A stretch of DNA of 64,000 bases from Paraspadella gotoi. Taxonomy: Eukaryota; Animalia; Chaetognatha. Shown here piece by piece: positions 20,389-34,100 of this stretch. Numbering within the stretch: the first letter of the stretch is position 1; every line of letters begins with the position of its first letter. The stretch lies in contig CM119267.1 in the NCBI GenBank assembly GCA_051294375.1, forward strand, positions 1,974,793-2,038,792, in the 5' to 3' direction. Both the position numbers and the translations under genes were made by a program. The notes beneath the pieces were generated by a model. It was not told the DNA's origin and did not search any database. It worked only from the letters and a program-made list of their open reading frames with translations.

Positions 20389-20637
20389 CCTCACCTTCAA
20401 TAACGCGACGCACGCCCTCTTGAAATCCCCAGACGTCTCTGACTCCACCTTCTCGATCAACTCCGTCCCGAAAGCCGACTTGTAGGATCGACGGACCTCC
20501 TGGAGCTGCGCGTTGGAGCGGCCGACAAAGACCTCGACGAGAGCTGCTTCGTCGGTGCCCGCTCCTTTCATGGCTTCGTGGAGCGAATCGGCGTCAGCGG
20601 TGGAGTCAAAGTTTGGGTGAGGAACGATGGTCGCCAT
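17426..20637 (-). CDS. Annexin (four annexin repeats), copy B; exons approx. 20637-20395, 19997-19866, 19552-19310, 18520-~18426, ~17660-17426
   Basis: MATIVPHPNFDSTADADSLHEAMKGAGTDEAALVEVFVGRSNAQL...ESETSGDFK; SALSGLGTDIEQLVDV; AKQLYEKGEGRAGTDNAFFRAVFCTRSWAQL; IETALKSEFSG; AAYFANLLKSCVAGVGTSEARL...IASDTSGDFEKILL. These are the endonexin GxGT(D/S)E motifs, with canonical splice sites. Confidence 0.93.
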
Positions 20638-20850
20638 GGTGATTGGTCAGGACTGGAGCGATACGGTCGGTAGAGGAGCGAGGTTGGGATTGAGCGGAAG
20701 TGAGGAGTAGAGGAGTAGAGGAGCAGAGCGAAAGTGAAGTCTAGTTTAGTGGAGCAAAGTCTGAAGATGAGGGCGATTGGCTAAAAGAGTGGCGCTATTG
20801 ATTGATTGTTTGATTTTATTGATTGATTGATTGAATGTTTGATTATTGAG

Positions 20851-20923
<73 letters not shown>

Positions 20924-22083
20924 TGATTGATTGATTTGATTGATTGATTTGATTGATTGATTAAATCATTGTATTATAAAGTGGAATTGATCGTTAGCCA
21001 ACGATGTAAAATCGATTTTGACAAAACTAAATTCGCATAAATAGCTAAAAAGTCAAAATTCGTCCTTTTTATTTCTTTAACGAAAAACTTGGCTTTTTTT
21101 TTCGCCGGGGTCAAAATGCCCTAATGCCCCAAGGCGCGGCATGCTGGCGCCTGCATTGACCGCGGTCATCGAGACTGAGAAAGCCGGTCCTGATTCGGTG
21201 GCGGATTTGGTTCGGTCGTGGTCGCTTGGGCAAGTCGAATCGGGTTCGAGGCTGGGATTTGTTTAATTCGATTTCTCTGATTTTCTGCTAATCGTTGAGG
21301 CTTTGTTGTTATTTATAGTATATATTGATGAAAGAATTCCTCACTGGTTCACAATCTTCGGAAAAAGGAGAAAATCATGAATAAAAACTTTTTACAACTT
21401 TTAATTTTTTATTTCTGTGAAAAATAAATCGAGAATTTTCACATAAAAATTCGTTACTCAATCGAATTGACTGAATTTGAGGCAACAGTTTTAGGCCAGT
21501 TATCAAATGTGGTAATTAATGCTGTAAACAAATTATGAAATAATTGACGATTCATTCTGTTTATTTAAATCTTAATTTTTTTTATATCCGAATTTTTTAT
21601 ATCCAGAAGCAATCTTTTTTGGGACCTATTCTCACATATTCTCACACATTCTCACATATTCTCACATATCTCTGCTATATCATTATCTTGTAAGAAGCGT
21701 AAAAAAATCCAAAGCCTGTCCAAAGTCAGGGGCAAGATAGCTTATTTATTAAATGCATGGATAATTTTTATATCAATAGGTTGTACCAATATAAAAACAT
21801 TATAATTTACACTTGAGTGTCGGTTGCCTTTTGTTTTTTCTTCGTTCTATTGAAGCTCAAAGGAACTCGTTGCGCCGTCGAGCGAAAACTTCGTTTTAAA
21901 CGAGAAGAAAACAAAGTTTGTGCTAAATATATTTTGATGAATAAATCATTTTGAAAAATAATATTATTTACTACTCGAAACGATTTTGAATAAATAACTT
22001 GTTGAAATTATAAGCCATGTCATATTTCGGATTGATCTATCATATTGACTTGATTTTGGATCGTCAAAGTTTTCGTGACACTT

Positions 22084-22162
<79 letters not shown>

Positions 22163-22657
22163 TCTCTCTCTCTCTCTTTCAAAATAAAAGATGGAACCCG
22201 CATTGACCAATGATCAAATTGCAAAATATGAAATACGATTCCTTTCTAAGATGACAAAAAGATGACAATGAAGTTGGAAGAAGAAGACGACAATGACGAC
22301 GACGACGACGACGACGATGACGTCAAAAAGATGCGACCCCTAGAATTTCCTCTTCCCTTTTTTCGAGTTCTCTTCTTGTTCAAGCAAAGAGACGTCGGAC
22401 GATGAAAAGGAGACAGAGACACAAGACGGAACCTCGTCGTTCGGACTTCGGACCCTTTCGGTCTCCTCATCCTCCTCCCCCTTCCTCTTCCTCCTCCTCC
22501 CTCTTCCTCCTCCTCCTCTTTCTCTTCCTCTTCTTTTTCCTCCTTTACTTTTTTATCTTCGCTTCCGACTTAAGTTTTTTTTTTCCTTGGGAACAAAAAA
22601 ATTGTTTTTATTGTCCGACCGTGTCATCTTCTCTCTCTCTCTCTCTTTCCCTCTTTC

Positions 22658-22717
<60 letters not shown>

Positions 22718-23214
22718 TTTTTTATACTCTGATGTAATAACAAATATCAAATTTCAATTGTAATTATAGAAAAAAATGTTTTAAACAAATCAAAATCTCC
22801 TTAAAATTTATCAAATCATAAAATCTATAAAGAACACCTTACTGATTATTCAAAAGACATCCCAAAAATAGGTTCTAGAACGTGTATTATTGCGTGTAAT
22901 GACATCCACGTTTTTTTTTTTCGCAAAATCGACTAATCTGTTGCATCAACGGAATCTCAAAAGGTCGTTGCTTACGAAGAAAGCTGTCCGACAATAATCG
23001 TACCCAAAATCGTTGAAGCAAAACGAAGTCAATAGGAGGCAAATGGTGGAGCAGATGGTGGAGCTGACAGAAGAGGTCATCGTTTGACCGTCGGATGTCA
23101 ATCAAATCCAGACTTTGAAGAATCTGGGAAATCCTTTATTGGATTTGGAAAATCTGTCGGTCGGAAACCAAGGAAGTAGAGAGGGGCGATCAGGTGGGAC
23201 GCGGAGAAGGAAAC

Positions 23215-23845
23215 ATTGCATTGCAAGGAGGCAATGGATTCCTGTTGGCAATGGATTGTAAGGAAGCAATGGATTGCAATTGATTGCAAGGAGGCAATGG
23301 ATTCCTATTGGCAATGGATTGCAAGGAGGCATTACATTGCAATGGATTGCAAGGAGGCAATGGATTCCTGTTGACAATGGATTACAAGGAGGCAATGCAT
23401 TGCAATGGATAGCAAGGAGGCAATGGATTCCTGTTGGCAGTGGATTGCAAGGATGCAATGTATTGCAAAGAGGCAATGGATTCCTGTTGGCAATGGATTG
23501 CAAGAATGCAATGGATTGCAAGGAGACAATGGATTCTTATTGGCAATGGATTGCAAGAAAGCAATGGATTGCAATGGATTGCAAGGAGGCAATGGCTTTG
23601 TGTTGGCAATGGATTGCAATGAATTACAAAAAGGCAATAGATTTCAATCCGTCAATAAATTGCAAGAAAATAATTTATTGCAGAAATACAATAGATTTCA
23701 AGACGCAATTGATGGCAATGGGTTCCTGTTTGCAATACTGCAATAGATTGCAAGGAGGTTATGGATTACAAGAAGGCAATGGATTGCAATGGATTGCAAT
23801 GGATTGCAATGGATTGCAATGGATTGCAAGGAGGCAATGGATTGC
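23215..23845. repeat. Minisatellite built from a 10-bp GCAATGGATT core with higher-order variants
   Basis: Directly visible; explains the many spurious overlapping ORFs here. Confidence 0.9.
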
Positions 23846-25021
23846 AGAAAGGAAATTAAGAAAATTTAATTTCATCAAACTGAATTCGATTGAATTGAAT
23901 AAATTCGCCCCGAATTCATTTAAATTCATTTGAATTCATTTGAATTCATTTGAATTCATTAAGACCGTCAGTGAATCGGTTGAGATGAAGTACATTTAAT
24001 TTATGTCGAAAATGAAGCAAAAAGTAAAAGCAACGAAATTCTAAGAAATGCTGTCGCTAGTGTTTGTACATATATCCGTCCAAGCTTTTTTTTTTCTTTG
24101 CTCATTACTTAAAACCCAAGTGACTATATACGACGGTTCATCAGTTTTTAGTACAAACTGATTGATTGATGCTCTCTCTGCCATCGAATCGCTCATTCGA
24201 CTAAAGAAAAATGCAGCAGAATCACCTCTCGTTTGACAAACTTGCTCACCACAACTTGTTGTAAAAGAAGCAAAGGAAATTCTCTGTTGATTGCTTCAAC
24301 TTTAAAACGCCAAAGTTCTTAAAATTAATTATGATAATCGTTAACTAAATTAGTCTACTTGGGCTCAATTTCGACTCTTAACTTCCCGATTCGCTCGAAT
24401 TTGAAGATTTGCGATTTTGTTATCAAAACCTCGACTTCGTCCTTCAACGACATTCGACAACCAAATAAACTCGCTCAGTTTAATCCTATCCATTTTCAAT
24501 TCGATACGAATTCTTTCCCAGACATAAATTGCCCATTATGAGCATAAATGGGCCAAGATTGGGCAAATATTGGGCAAAGATTGGGCACGCGAAGAATCGA
24601 TAACTCCAAATATAGGGTTTTGGAAATTGGAGTTTGGATGAGAATCGAAACGGATTCGTTTTTCAGTACAAAATAATATTATTTAGATATGGATTTTTTT
24701 TTTTGTTAATTTTTATCAATATCATTCTTAGATAATATTTGACTCGATTCGAATGGAAAGTTTATCCAAAGAATTTTATTCGAAATCTACTTTGGCTGAG
24801 GTGAGTTTTATACTAGATCTAATGTCAAAAATTTTAAATACATGGATTTGCTCCGCATTAAATAAAAAACGAAAAGGAAAAGGCTAAATGATAAACGATC
24901 TTTTTTCTTTTCTTTTCAGCGGGAAACTTTTGACGGTTGTCCTATTTTCAACGAAAAAACATTCGAGTTACTTTTGGAAAACTACGACGACGACGACGAT
25001 AATAACGACGACGACAACAAA

Positions 25022-28000
25022 ATGAAACTAAAAAGGAAAAACAGACGAACAAAGGAAAGAAAAGATGGTAAGACAAGTTGTTTTGTTTGTAACGTTTGTT
25101 TATAACAAAATCGTTTTTTAGTTGCGCCGCGAGTACTCAATTTTCGGTCGGTCTGTCGGTCGGTATGTCTGTCCGTCGGTCTGCATGTAATTTGCCTATA
25201 GTTCGTTGCTCATTTGTTTAGACTGAAACATGTTTGAGAAAACAATATCGGATCTGCCCACGATTCCATCGAAACTTCATATCCAGCTCAACCACACACA
25301 AAATTTCTGTAATTGGTGTTTTTTGCTAAGGTGGGACGGACGGACAGACGGACAGACAGACAGACATCTTTTTTTTCTGACATGATATATGTGAATGCCC
25401 GACAAGATTGAGGGGGCGGACCGACGGACCGACAAAGTGAATTATAGAGTCGGGATCTGCTGATAAATCTAAGGGACTGCTAGCGCCGCCTTAAAACTAA
25501 AGAATAAAAGACAGAATTCTGATGCAGTGCTACACGGGCAAAAAAGTTGTTTAGTCATGTCATGTCATGTCATCAAAGAGAAATACACGTGAAAATAAAG
25601 TCACTGCGGCGCAACACATTGGAATTATCGTTCTTGTTTTTAAATTTCCATATTTTATATTATTTTTCTTTTTAGATTTGATGCGATTCATTTTAATGGG
25701 AAAATCTGCGGAAAAACTGGGAAAGAGCGAATCAGAGAATCAAATTAAAACCGGGACACAAAATGAAAATAAAAATGAAGATCGAATCAATGAAACAAAT
25801 AATGAATACATTCATACAAATGTAAAATATTCATACGACAGGAATGTTGAGAATGAAGCCGAGACAGAACGCGGTTATTGGTCAAACAATGAGGCCAATC
25901 AAGTTACGAATGAGGCCCAAGAGATAAAAAATGAGCCCAAGAAGGAAGAAGACTTTCGCTCAACTTTTTCTCTCAACGACAACGGACAAAATAATGACGC
26001 TCATCACTCTGACCCAAATGAGTCTTTTCTTTCACATCGTGATCCAAACTTTCCTGGCCCCACCACCCCTGTCCCAAATCTTACCATCCCCGTCCCACCT
26101 GATCAAAATCTCACCACCCCCGCACCCCCTGTCCCAAATCTAATCACCCCTGTCCCAAATATTACCACCCCTGTCCCAAATCTTACCACTCAAGGCCCAA
26201 ATCTTACCACCCCCGTCCCACCTGATCAAAATCTCACCACCTTCGCACCCCCTGTCCCAAATCTGACCACCCCTGACCTAAATCTCTCCACCCCCTTCCC
26301 AACTCATCTGGCTTCGTTCGAAATCTCTCTCCGACGCCAACTGACGCCTCAAACTCTGTCAAGAGTCCGATTCCGGGTGGAGATGCCGGAACCGTCCGTC
26401 TCCACGACGAGGTAACACTTTCAGTTTCCGTGACGAGGTTTCGCTTTTACCATGTCGATTTTGTTGTCATTTTAAAATTTTCTCACGAATTTATGTTTTA
26501 TTTTTCTCATATTGACAAGTGAGAATTCTTACGTTTCGGAATTTTAGCGTCACACGTAGAATAAATCTTCTGTTATTAATTATTAATACATTATTAATAT
26601 ATTATTAATTATTAATATCTTATTAATATTATTGATTTTGTTAAAGTCCTAAAGAAATTAAAGGATTAATTAAAAGTCATTTAAACAATTTTTTTAGAAC
26701 TTAATCCTAAATTTACCACATAATAATTATGAATCCCGACCTGACCTCACATGACTCCAGCCCCTCGTCCACTCCACAAACCCCTGTCGTCATTAATCAT
26801 CTGCGCCACGACGCCGACGACGCCGTCCGCAGCGCCGGTCGCCGCCTCGTGACGCCGCGAGAGAGAGCAAGTGACGCCGTTCTCGCTTTGCATCTGTCGA
26901 CGACGACGACAACGACGACGACGAGACAAAAATGGCGACGATCGCTGCAAAGAACGTCGAAAGGTTAGTGGTCGGTCTGTCAGTGTATGAGTCGGTCGGT
27001 CAGTGTATGAGTCGGTCTGACAGTGTAATAATCGGTCTTTCAGTGTTTGAGTCGGTCTGTCGTCTCTTCGTAATCCTCTTCATCTGGGGATCAAAAGTAT
27101 TGAGGGGGAAATACTGACGGGGATCGAAAGATCACGTGACCAAACTTGAATTGATTCCGAAAATGGGCATCGAAAATCATAACATTTTCTTCTTTCCTCC
27201 CAGGCCCCTTTTCTCCCTCTCCCCTCTCCCCTTCCTTCCCCTTTCTCTCTTTCCGCCCCTCCCCTTCCTCCTCCCTCCCCTCCTCCTCTTCCTCCAATCA
27301 AATCATAGATCGAACGGGATCGACCTCTGATTGGACGACTCGCCTTTCAACTCGGTCCAATCAGAAACGGTTCGATGGAGAAAGCGTAGGTTTTTCCACG
27401 AATGAGAGACGCGAGAAGAATAACGTCGTCCAATCAAAACGCGAGTTTGAGATTATGACGAAAATCGATGATCAAGTCGATCGTGAAAAAGATTTATCGA
27501 TGAGTTCCTGCCAATTATCAAATTCTCATTTGTCGACTTCCGCAATTCCTACCAGTCAAAATCAATTCACATCACAATTCACATCAACTCATCCGTCGTC
27601 GTTAAAATCTCGTGACAAAAATTCACACATTACTCGTAATCATTCACCGCAACTTCAAAGAAACCGAAAATTCACTGAAATAACCAGAGGTTCATTTAGT
27701 CCGATCAAATCAGGGCATCGAAACACGGACGTCAATATGGCTTTTGTGCATCGCAATTCGATGCCATCGAAATCAGCATCACTGCCAGAGCCAGATATAC
27801 ATGGCACTCCTGCACAGCAGGCAGAACCTATGGTTTTAAATTCGCCAGTCAACTCCGAAACAACAAATTCAAAAAATCGACCTCTCAACCAGTCAATTTT
27901 GTCTCGACGACTCGATGCAGCAATTGGTGAAACTTGTCGCTCGAAAAGCTTTTCTCCCAGCGACGCAAAGATGGGAATCTCAAAAACTTCATCCCACTTT

Positions 28001-28898
28001 TTCAATTTCTCTGCGAATTCTCGAACTCGAGATTCCAAAACTTTCGTTCGAAGACAATCGAGAGTCACTGAGTCTCAAAGGATCGAGAGATCGAAACCCG
28101 ATCAGTCAAAATCTGTTGGAGAAAATCATTTCGGTTCAAACGGACACTCTTCTCGCAATTCATTAGCCGAGGTTAAGTATCATTATATTAATAAATGTTA
28201 ACGTTTCTGTACAGGGTTTTTAAGGATTATTAAAGGCAGAAATACTTTATTTGACTTTAAATTTACTTTAAATTACTTTAATTACTTTTATTTTGAACGT
28301 CTCTGTCTCTGTCTTTCTCTCAGCTGGATGCGAAATCGGAGAAAGCGACTTCCTACTTTTCAAAGCGAATTTCTTCTGCAGATGAGATGGAGAGACCTGA
28401 CCCTGTCAAGAATACCTTACCCAGCGCTGAGAGTAAGGGCGGGAGGGAAGGGAAGAGAAGAGAAGGGAAGGGAAGGGAAGGGAAGTGAAGGAAAAAAAGA
28501 AAAGAAAAGAAAAGAAAAGAAAAGAAAAGAAAAGAAAAGAAAAGAAAAGAATGATGGAATAAAATAAGTATATAAATGAATTAATTGATGAATGATTGGG
28601 ATTAATGAATGAATGACTAACAGAAAAAATAGGGAAAGAGAGAGAGAGGGAGAGAGAAAGAGAGAGAAAGAGAGACAGAGACAGAGAGAAATGAAGATAG
28701 TAATTAATTTTAATGAGAGTGAGAGAGATTAGATGGTAAGACGATTTACAATCGCGGTTAAGCTCGAGTTTCGTCTTTTTGTATTGCAACTCATTTACAT
28801 TTTAAAATTAAAATGTTGCAGCTGAACTGAAATCCTTTTCTTTTTTTTTCTTTATTTAAGTCAAAGAGTTTGTGCCTCTCCGGTGAAACAGAGCGAGA

Positions 28899-28939
<41 letters not shown>

Positions 28940-29175
28940 GGAACTTTCTGACCCAATGATTTTTCTGTTTCTGATTTATCATTTCCTTGTGCCTTCAAAG
29001 CGGCTTACGTTTGTGCAAAAGGTCAGATCCAAACAAATGCTGCTGAATCATCAATTTTTTTCCGCCACACTCCGCAATTCTGAAAGACGCAGTTCGGTCG
29101 GTCAGTCGGTCGGTTGGTGTCGGTCGGTCGGTCTGTCGATCCATTGGTCTGATAATTTTACAATCTTACAACGTA

Positions 29176-29266
<91 letters not shown>

Positions 29267-29464
29267 GTAGAAAGACCTTGCAAGTTTTCAGTCAAGACTC
29301 TCTCATAGTCTAATTTATTAACTAATTAACTATCAATTATTAGATCAACAGAGAATATTTTTGTCGGTTGTGTCCGTATGTCTGTGGGTCTGTCCACATA
29401 TGCATCGTTTAACAATCAATCATATTGACTTGATTTTGGATCGTCAAAGTTTTCGTGACACCTT

Positions 29465-29545
<81 letters not shown>

Positions 29546-30429
29546 GTCCCATCAGAGTTCGAATTCCTTTTTCGAAATTTAACTCTTGATTTCCCATCGG
29601 ATTTTTTTCGATTTATTATTTTTCCAGATTTTTTCTGATTTTTCAACAAAAATTCTGGGAATTTCGTTTTCTCCCTTTCGGTCGAGATCAAAGTTCGCCA
29701 GGCGATCGGAACGAACCTTTCCTCTTCCCTTACCTTAACTTACCAAAGTCTCTCTTGCGCTTTCTTAACTTTCGTCGAATACATATAGTTCATGTCTATG
29801 GATATCTGGCTGTAAAATTCAGAGACCAAACATATTAACAAATGAATAAACAAACAAACCAAAAAGAAATACTTATGTGTTATGCTTATAACAATAAAAC
29901 CAAAAAGTATCATCTTCAACGGGACACTTTTTCTTTGGTCAATAATCATGAGTCGTCGATTTTATGGTCGTTTTCGTCGTCGTCGTCGTCGTCGTCATCC
30001 GTCGAAGGATGATTTCAATAAATCAAAACAAGAAATGTTGTCGTCGTCGTCGTCGTCGTTGTCGTTTTACGGGATTTTTCTCGAGATTATTAACCACTGC
30101 TTCCTTCCCTCTTGGGCTTTTTTCTTTTTCCTTTCTTTTTTTTCTTTTTTTCTTTTTTTTCCCTTTTTTTGATTTTGTGTTATTTCTGTTCTTTATTTTA
30201 TTTTCTGTCTTTTTTCTTTTCTTTCCTTTTGTTCCCTCCTCCCCGCTTCGTACTCACCGCGCCCTCTGACGGAAGAACAGAGTCTCAGTTTCAGCTGAAT
30301 TTCGGCGAGAGCCACGCCCACCTGCCTTGCGCATGCCCCTTGTCCCTGTCGTCCCGCTCACCGTCTACCCTACGGCCCGCCGCTATTCTCGCCAACATAA
30401 TTCTATGCCGCCTGAGTCCCAGGCGCTAA
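25022..30429 (+). CDS. Multi-exon gene for an uncharacterised low-complexity (N/E/S/T/P-rich) protein; exons approx. 25022-25067, 25677-26411, 26761-26963, 27310-28171, 28324-28432, ~30281-30429
   Basis: GT-AG boundaries with mutually compatible phases (1,2,1,0,1) join the long ORFs 25567-26415, 26729-26968 and 27455-28201. Internal PVPNLTT repeats at ~26055-26300. No domain recognised; the last exon is the least certain. Confidence 0.6.
25115..25640. mobile_element. Dispersed repeat with (GACA/GACG)n microsatellite, Helentron/HINE-like non-autonomous element
   Basis: Segments recur at 33275-33415, 40678-40735, 41480-41690, 42877-42960, 47900-48045 and 62268-62345 (e.g. GAGTACTCG.GGCGCAACTAAAAA, GTGTTGCGCCGCAGTGACT, CCGACAAAGTGAATTATAGAGTCGG). 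The superfamily assignment is an inference. Confidence 0.5.
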
Positions 30430-30519
30430 AAACTGGAGGAACGAACCTGGAAACAATGAGTCGGACATAGATCGTGTATGACGCCGAGTGGAAAGGTGGG
30501 AGAGAAGAGAAGAGAAGAG

Positions 30520-30603
<84 letters not shown>

Positions 30604-31019
30604 AGAAGGCAGGAGAAAGAGAAAGGAATTCCATCCCTGTTTGATGAAGTCATGCCTGGCGGCGATTCGACACTCGTCGACCAAATTCTCAGAAATGATG
30701 TCAGTCGCGCTTAGTCGTTAGAGCATCGGGGTGAATACTGCAGAGGCATTGAACCGATACTGCGAATACAGCAGAGGCATGCGCTTTAAAGCATCGACAC
30801 TTATTCGACAGTTATTCGGCTAATACATTAGATTCTATAATATAAAGATTATTCGGTAAATATGGGGATGACGTTTGTGCAAGTATAACAGAATAGTATA
30901 AGTATGAGAATAAAATTCAGCTCCTTATATTATGATGCAAGTGCGGAATACTATATAGTATTCCCCGATCTCATACTTAAGGGAGTGGCCTTTTTTACAA
31001 TTCACACATTCTTTGAAAT

Positions 31020-31185
31020 ATTATACCACTTCATTGATAGGGAAGCCAGGTACTCTGGGAGTGAATAAACGAGACTGAGAGAGTCTTGATTGAAAGCTTG
31101 CAGGGATCTGCTATGTCATTATCTTGTGAGAGTGATGGAGGCCTTAAACCACCAAAGGACCAAAGCCTGTCCTGTCTTCGTCCCT
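31020..31185. repeat. Dispersed repeat family (…GAGAGTCTTGATTGAAAGCTTGCAGG…GATGGAGGCCTTAAACC…)
   Basis: Related copies at 1735-1925 (inverted), 15605-15790, 19670-19850, ~21660-21800, ~29270-29310 and ~59700-59770. Confidence 0.7.
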
Positions 31186-34100
31186 ACCTTACTTTTCTTT
31201 CACCTCTACCTATCTTTTTTCCCTCTCTCTCTTCTCTCGTTTCCCACTCAGCTTTTATTTCCCAAAAATAAAATTTCGTGTTGTTTTCCTATTCGATTCT
31301 TTTGTTGCGGTAAAAAAAATAAAGAAGATGAGGAAAGATAGGAAAAAGAAAAGAATGAAAAGGAAAAAGGAAAGAAAAAAGAAAAGAGAAAGAAAAAGAA
31401 AAAAGAAAAAAAAAGAAAAAGGAAAGAGAAATATTGACGTGGATATGAAATAGAAAACCTTTTATAAATCTCTTCCTTTTCCTTTTCCATCTCCTTTTTT
31501 AAGGGGAGGGAGTTCGTCAACTTAAGGGGAGGGTGTTTGTTAACTGAGAGACCCGATTCATTTCATGATCCTTTGATGTTTTCTTTCTTCAAAAATCTAT
31601 AAAAAGTCACGTAAAAAAACTGTACTATCCGGTTCTGTCATGTACAGTTAAACTTTAACGATATAAAGAAACACTGATAGAGACTTGTAACTTAATCTTT
31701 TTTTTCCAATTTGTTGAAACAAGCCGCTTTGTTTTTGTTTTCTTTTTTTTTTTTTTTTGCTAAAAAAAAAAGAAGTTTTCTAATTTTCTATTTTTCTTTA
31801 AGTCGACATTTGAACCCTGATACACAAGTTTCATTAGCGTTTTTCTTTTCAGGCAAACCTTTCAAACTTGTTGCCTCAAGTTGACAAAGTTTTGTTTCGT
31901 GTCTCAGTTAAAATCATTTTTTGGCCAAATTATCTTTGCTTGAATCTTTTAAGTTGACATACATTTGTACAATTGTAATTTGTATTCGATAAGCGGAGAA
32001 TTTCAATAAATTATAATTTTTTTATATCAGACACTAATTATTAATTTTAATCTTCTATTAAATTGATATTTAACTTTTTTTTTCTTTCAGCGATCAACGA
32101 GGAGAAACGAGCGATTCTCAACGAAAGGAAGAAAAAAACTCACAAAAGATACGATGAGATTTTATCCTGACTTATTTTTGTCCTAAATTAAATTATCAAA
32201 ATCTTGAAATTTGTAGCTTACTTCTTTAAAAGATGCATTAGTTAGGAAGTAACTTTAAAAAAATTAGCTTTTCGTTCATGAATAATCTTTTCTCTTTGCT
32301 TCTTTAACGTCAAACGTTGATGTCGAAATGTATTTTCAAATCCACAATGAACCTAAACCGTGATTCCCGGGAATAAACAACTAATTTATAAAGTAAACAA
32401 ACAAGGAGACATACAAACACGCACGCGATAAAGGACCATGAGATTCGCTTTCTGCGACGCATCTTTCTTTATTCGTCTCAAGTTGTCCAAGTTGCAAATA
32501 TCGCTCCCGGGAATTTTTAAGCGGAAAGAGAGAGGAACTCGGTTAAGGAGAGACTTTGAAAACGACGACGACGAGGACGACGATGACGACGACGACGACG
32601 ATGACGACGACGAAGACGATGAAGTCGACGATGAAGTCGACGATGAAGTCGACGATGCCGTGGGCGATTTTGTTTATCTTTCCAACGGATTTCTGACCAA
32701 AAGGAGAAGCGGTAAACGTCAAAAGAAAACATAGGCGGCGGCGGAGGCGGCTGCGGAGGCGGAGGTGGTGGCGGCGGCAGCGGTGGCGGCGGCGGAGTGG
32801 ATTGTCGCCGCGTTACAGTCAACACAAGCGGTGTCGTAGAAGCGGCGGCTAGCGGCCTGTACCATAGTGGCGGGGCTGATTAAGAAGTTCTTGAGAAAAA
32901 AAGTTATAGGGTGAGACTTTCAACCGAGGCGTTTGTAGCGGCGGCGGCGGTCAAGGCGGCGGGCTGGCGGCGGCGGCTGCGGCGGGGGGAGGCGGGGATG
33001 GCGGGGGGCGGCGGGGGGCGGCTGCGGCGGCCTGCGGCGGGGGAGGCGGTGGTGGCGTCGGCGGAGGCGGTGGCGGTGGCGGTGTGGCGGCGGCAGCGGA
33101 AGAAAAGTTGGCCGCAAATGAAACGACACTAAAATCTACGACTTTTCATCACGAAATTCGGATTCGCTTTCAAAGAAAAATATTGTTTCGTTTAAAATAA
33201 TAAAATATTGCCTATTGCCTTTGGCTTATTGCTTATTGCGTTCTGCCTATTGTCTATCGCTCCATTGGCTTTAAACAAGATCGGTCCATCCAATGTGTTG
33301 CGCCGCAACTACTTTCTTAACCCGTGTATTTATGACACGCACTGAATCGGAAATTTTTCTTTTATTCTTTATAGTTTTTAAGATTTCCTGAAGGCGGCGC
33401 TAGCAGTCACTTAGTTAAAAAGTTATTCCATCTAAACTGAATTGAGAAATTATGATTCTACTCTGACTGAATCGAGAAATTATGATTCTCCTCTGACAAA
33501 ATGAGCTAATTGGGTTTTGAAAGCGAATTATGATCTCAAACTTGAAATTCATAAGTCATGAAATTCGGCCACGAATGAGAAAAGAAGGAGTTAGGGTAAA
33601 ATACGATCAGATTGAGAAAATCGAAAATCCGGTTCATTAGATTTAATGATTTCGAATTTGGCTGGAAAGAAGCACGGCCGTGCACGGGTCGTAAGCATAA
33701 GCGTGTTAATAGCGTTATATCTGATTTGCTTTAGTAAAAAAGAAAATATTAAACAATAAAACTAAATATGTAAACGTTTGAATTTGAAGCCAAAGAATCC
33801 TAGAAGATAGTGTAGTCGGGCAAAGCGTAAGTTCACCCCGCCTTTAAGCATGTCACCTTCAGTGGTCGCCTTGGGGGCGTGGAAAACTCTCAAGCCTGGT
33901 TCCAAGCCCAGGGACCCGTTCCATGGCTGCAAGAGGGGATTAAAGAAGTTACGGAGAGTCATCTTCAGCCCACGTTGCGCCGTATCCACAATAATATAAA
34001 AAATTTTGGAAATATCCTCGAACTTGTTAGGGAGTTATATGAGACAAAAGAAGGATAGAAGCGAATTATTGGATTATTATTGTCGCGCTAACGACAGATT

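Noticed and set aside
22887-23210. Possible exon (DDLFCQLHHLLHHLPPIDFVLLQRF, faintly RhoGAP/TBC-like)
   Set aside because: The similarity is too weak, the strand is ambiguous, and no partner exons were found.
23102-23933. Cys/Trp-rich repetitive ORFs (CNPL/QWIARR) and possible CRISPR-like periodicity
   Set aside because: They come from a 10-bp-core minisatellite open in several frames on both strands. There are no unique spacers, no cas genes, and the context is eukaryotic.
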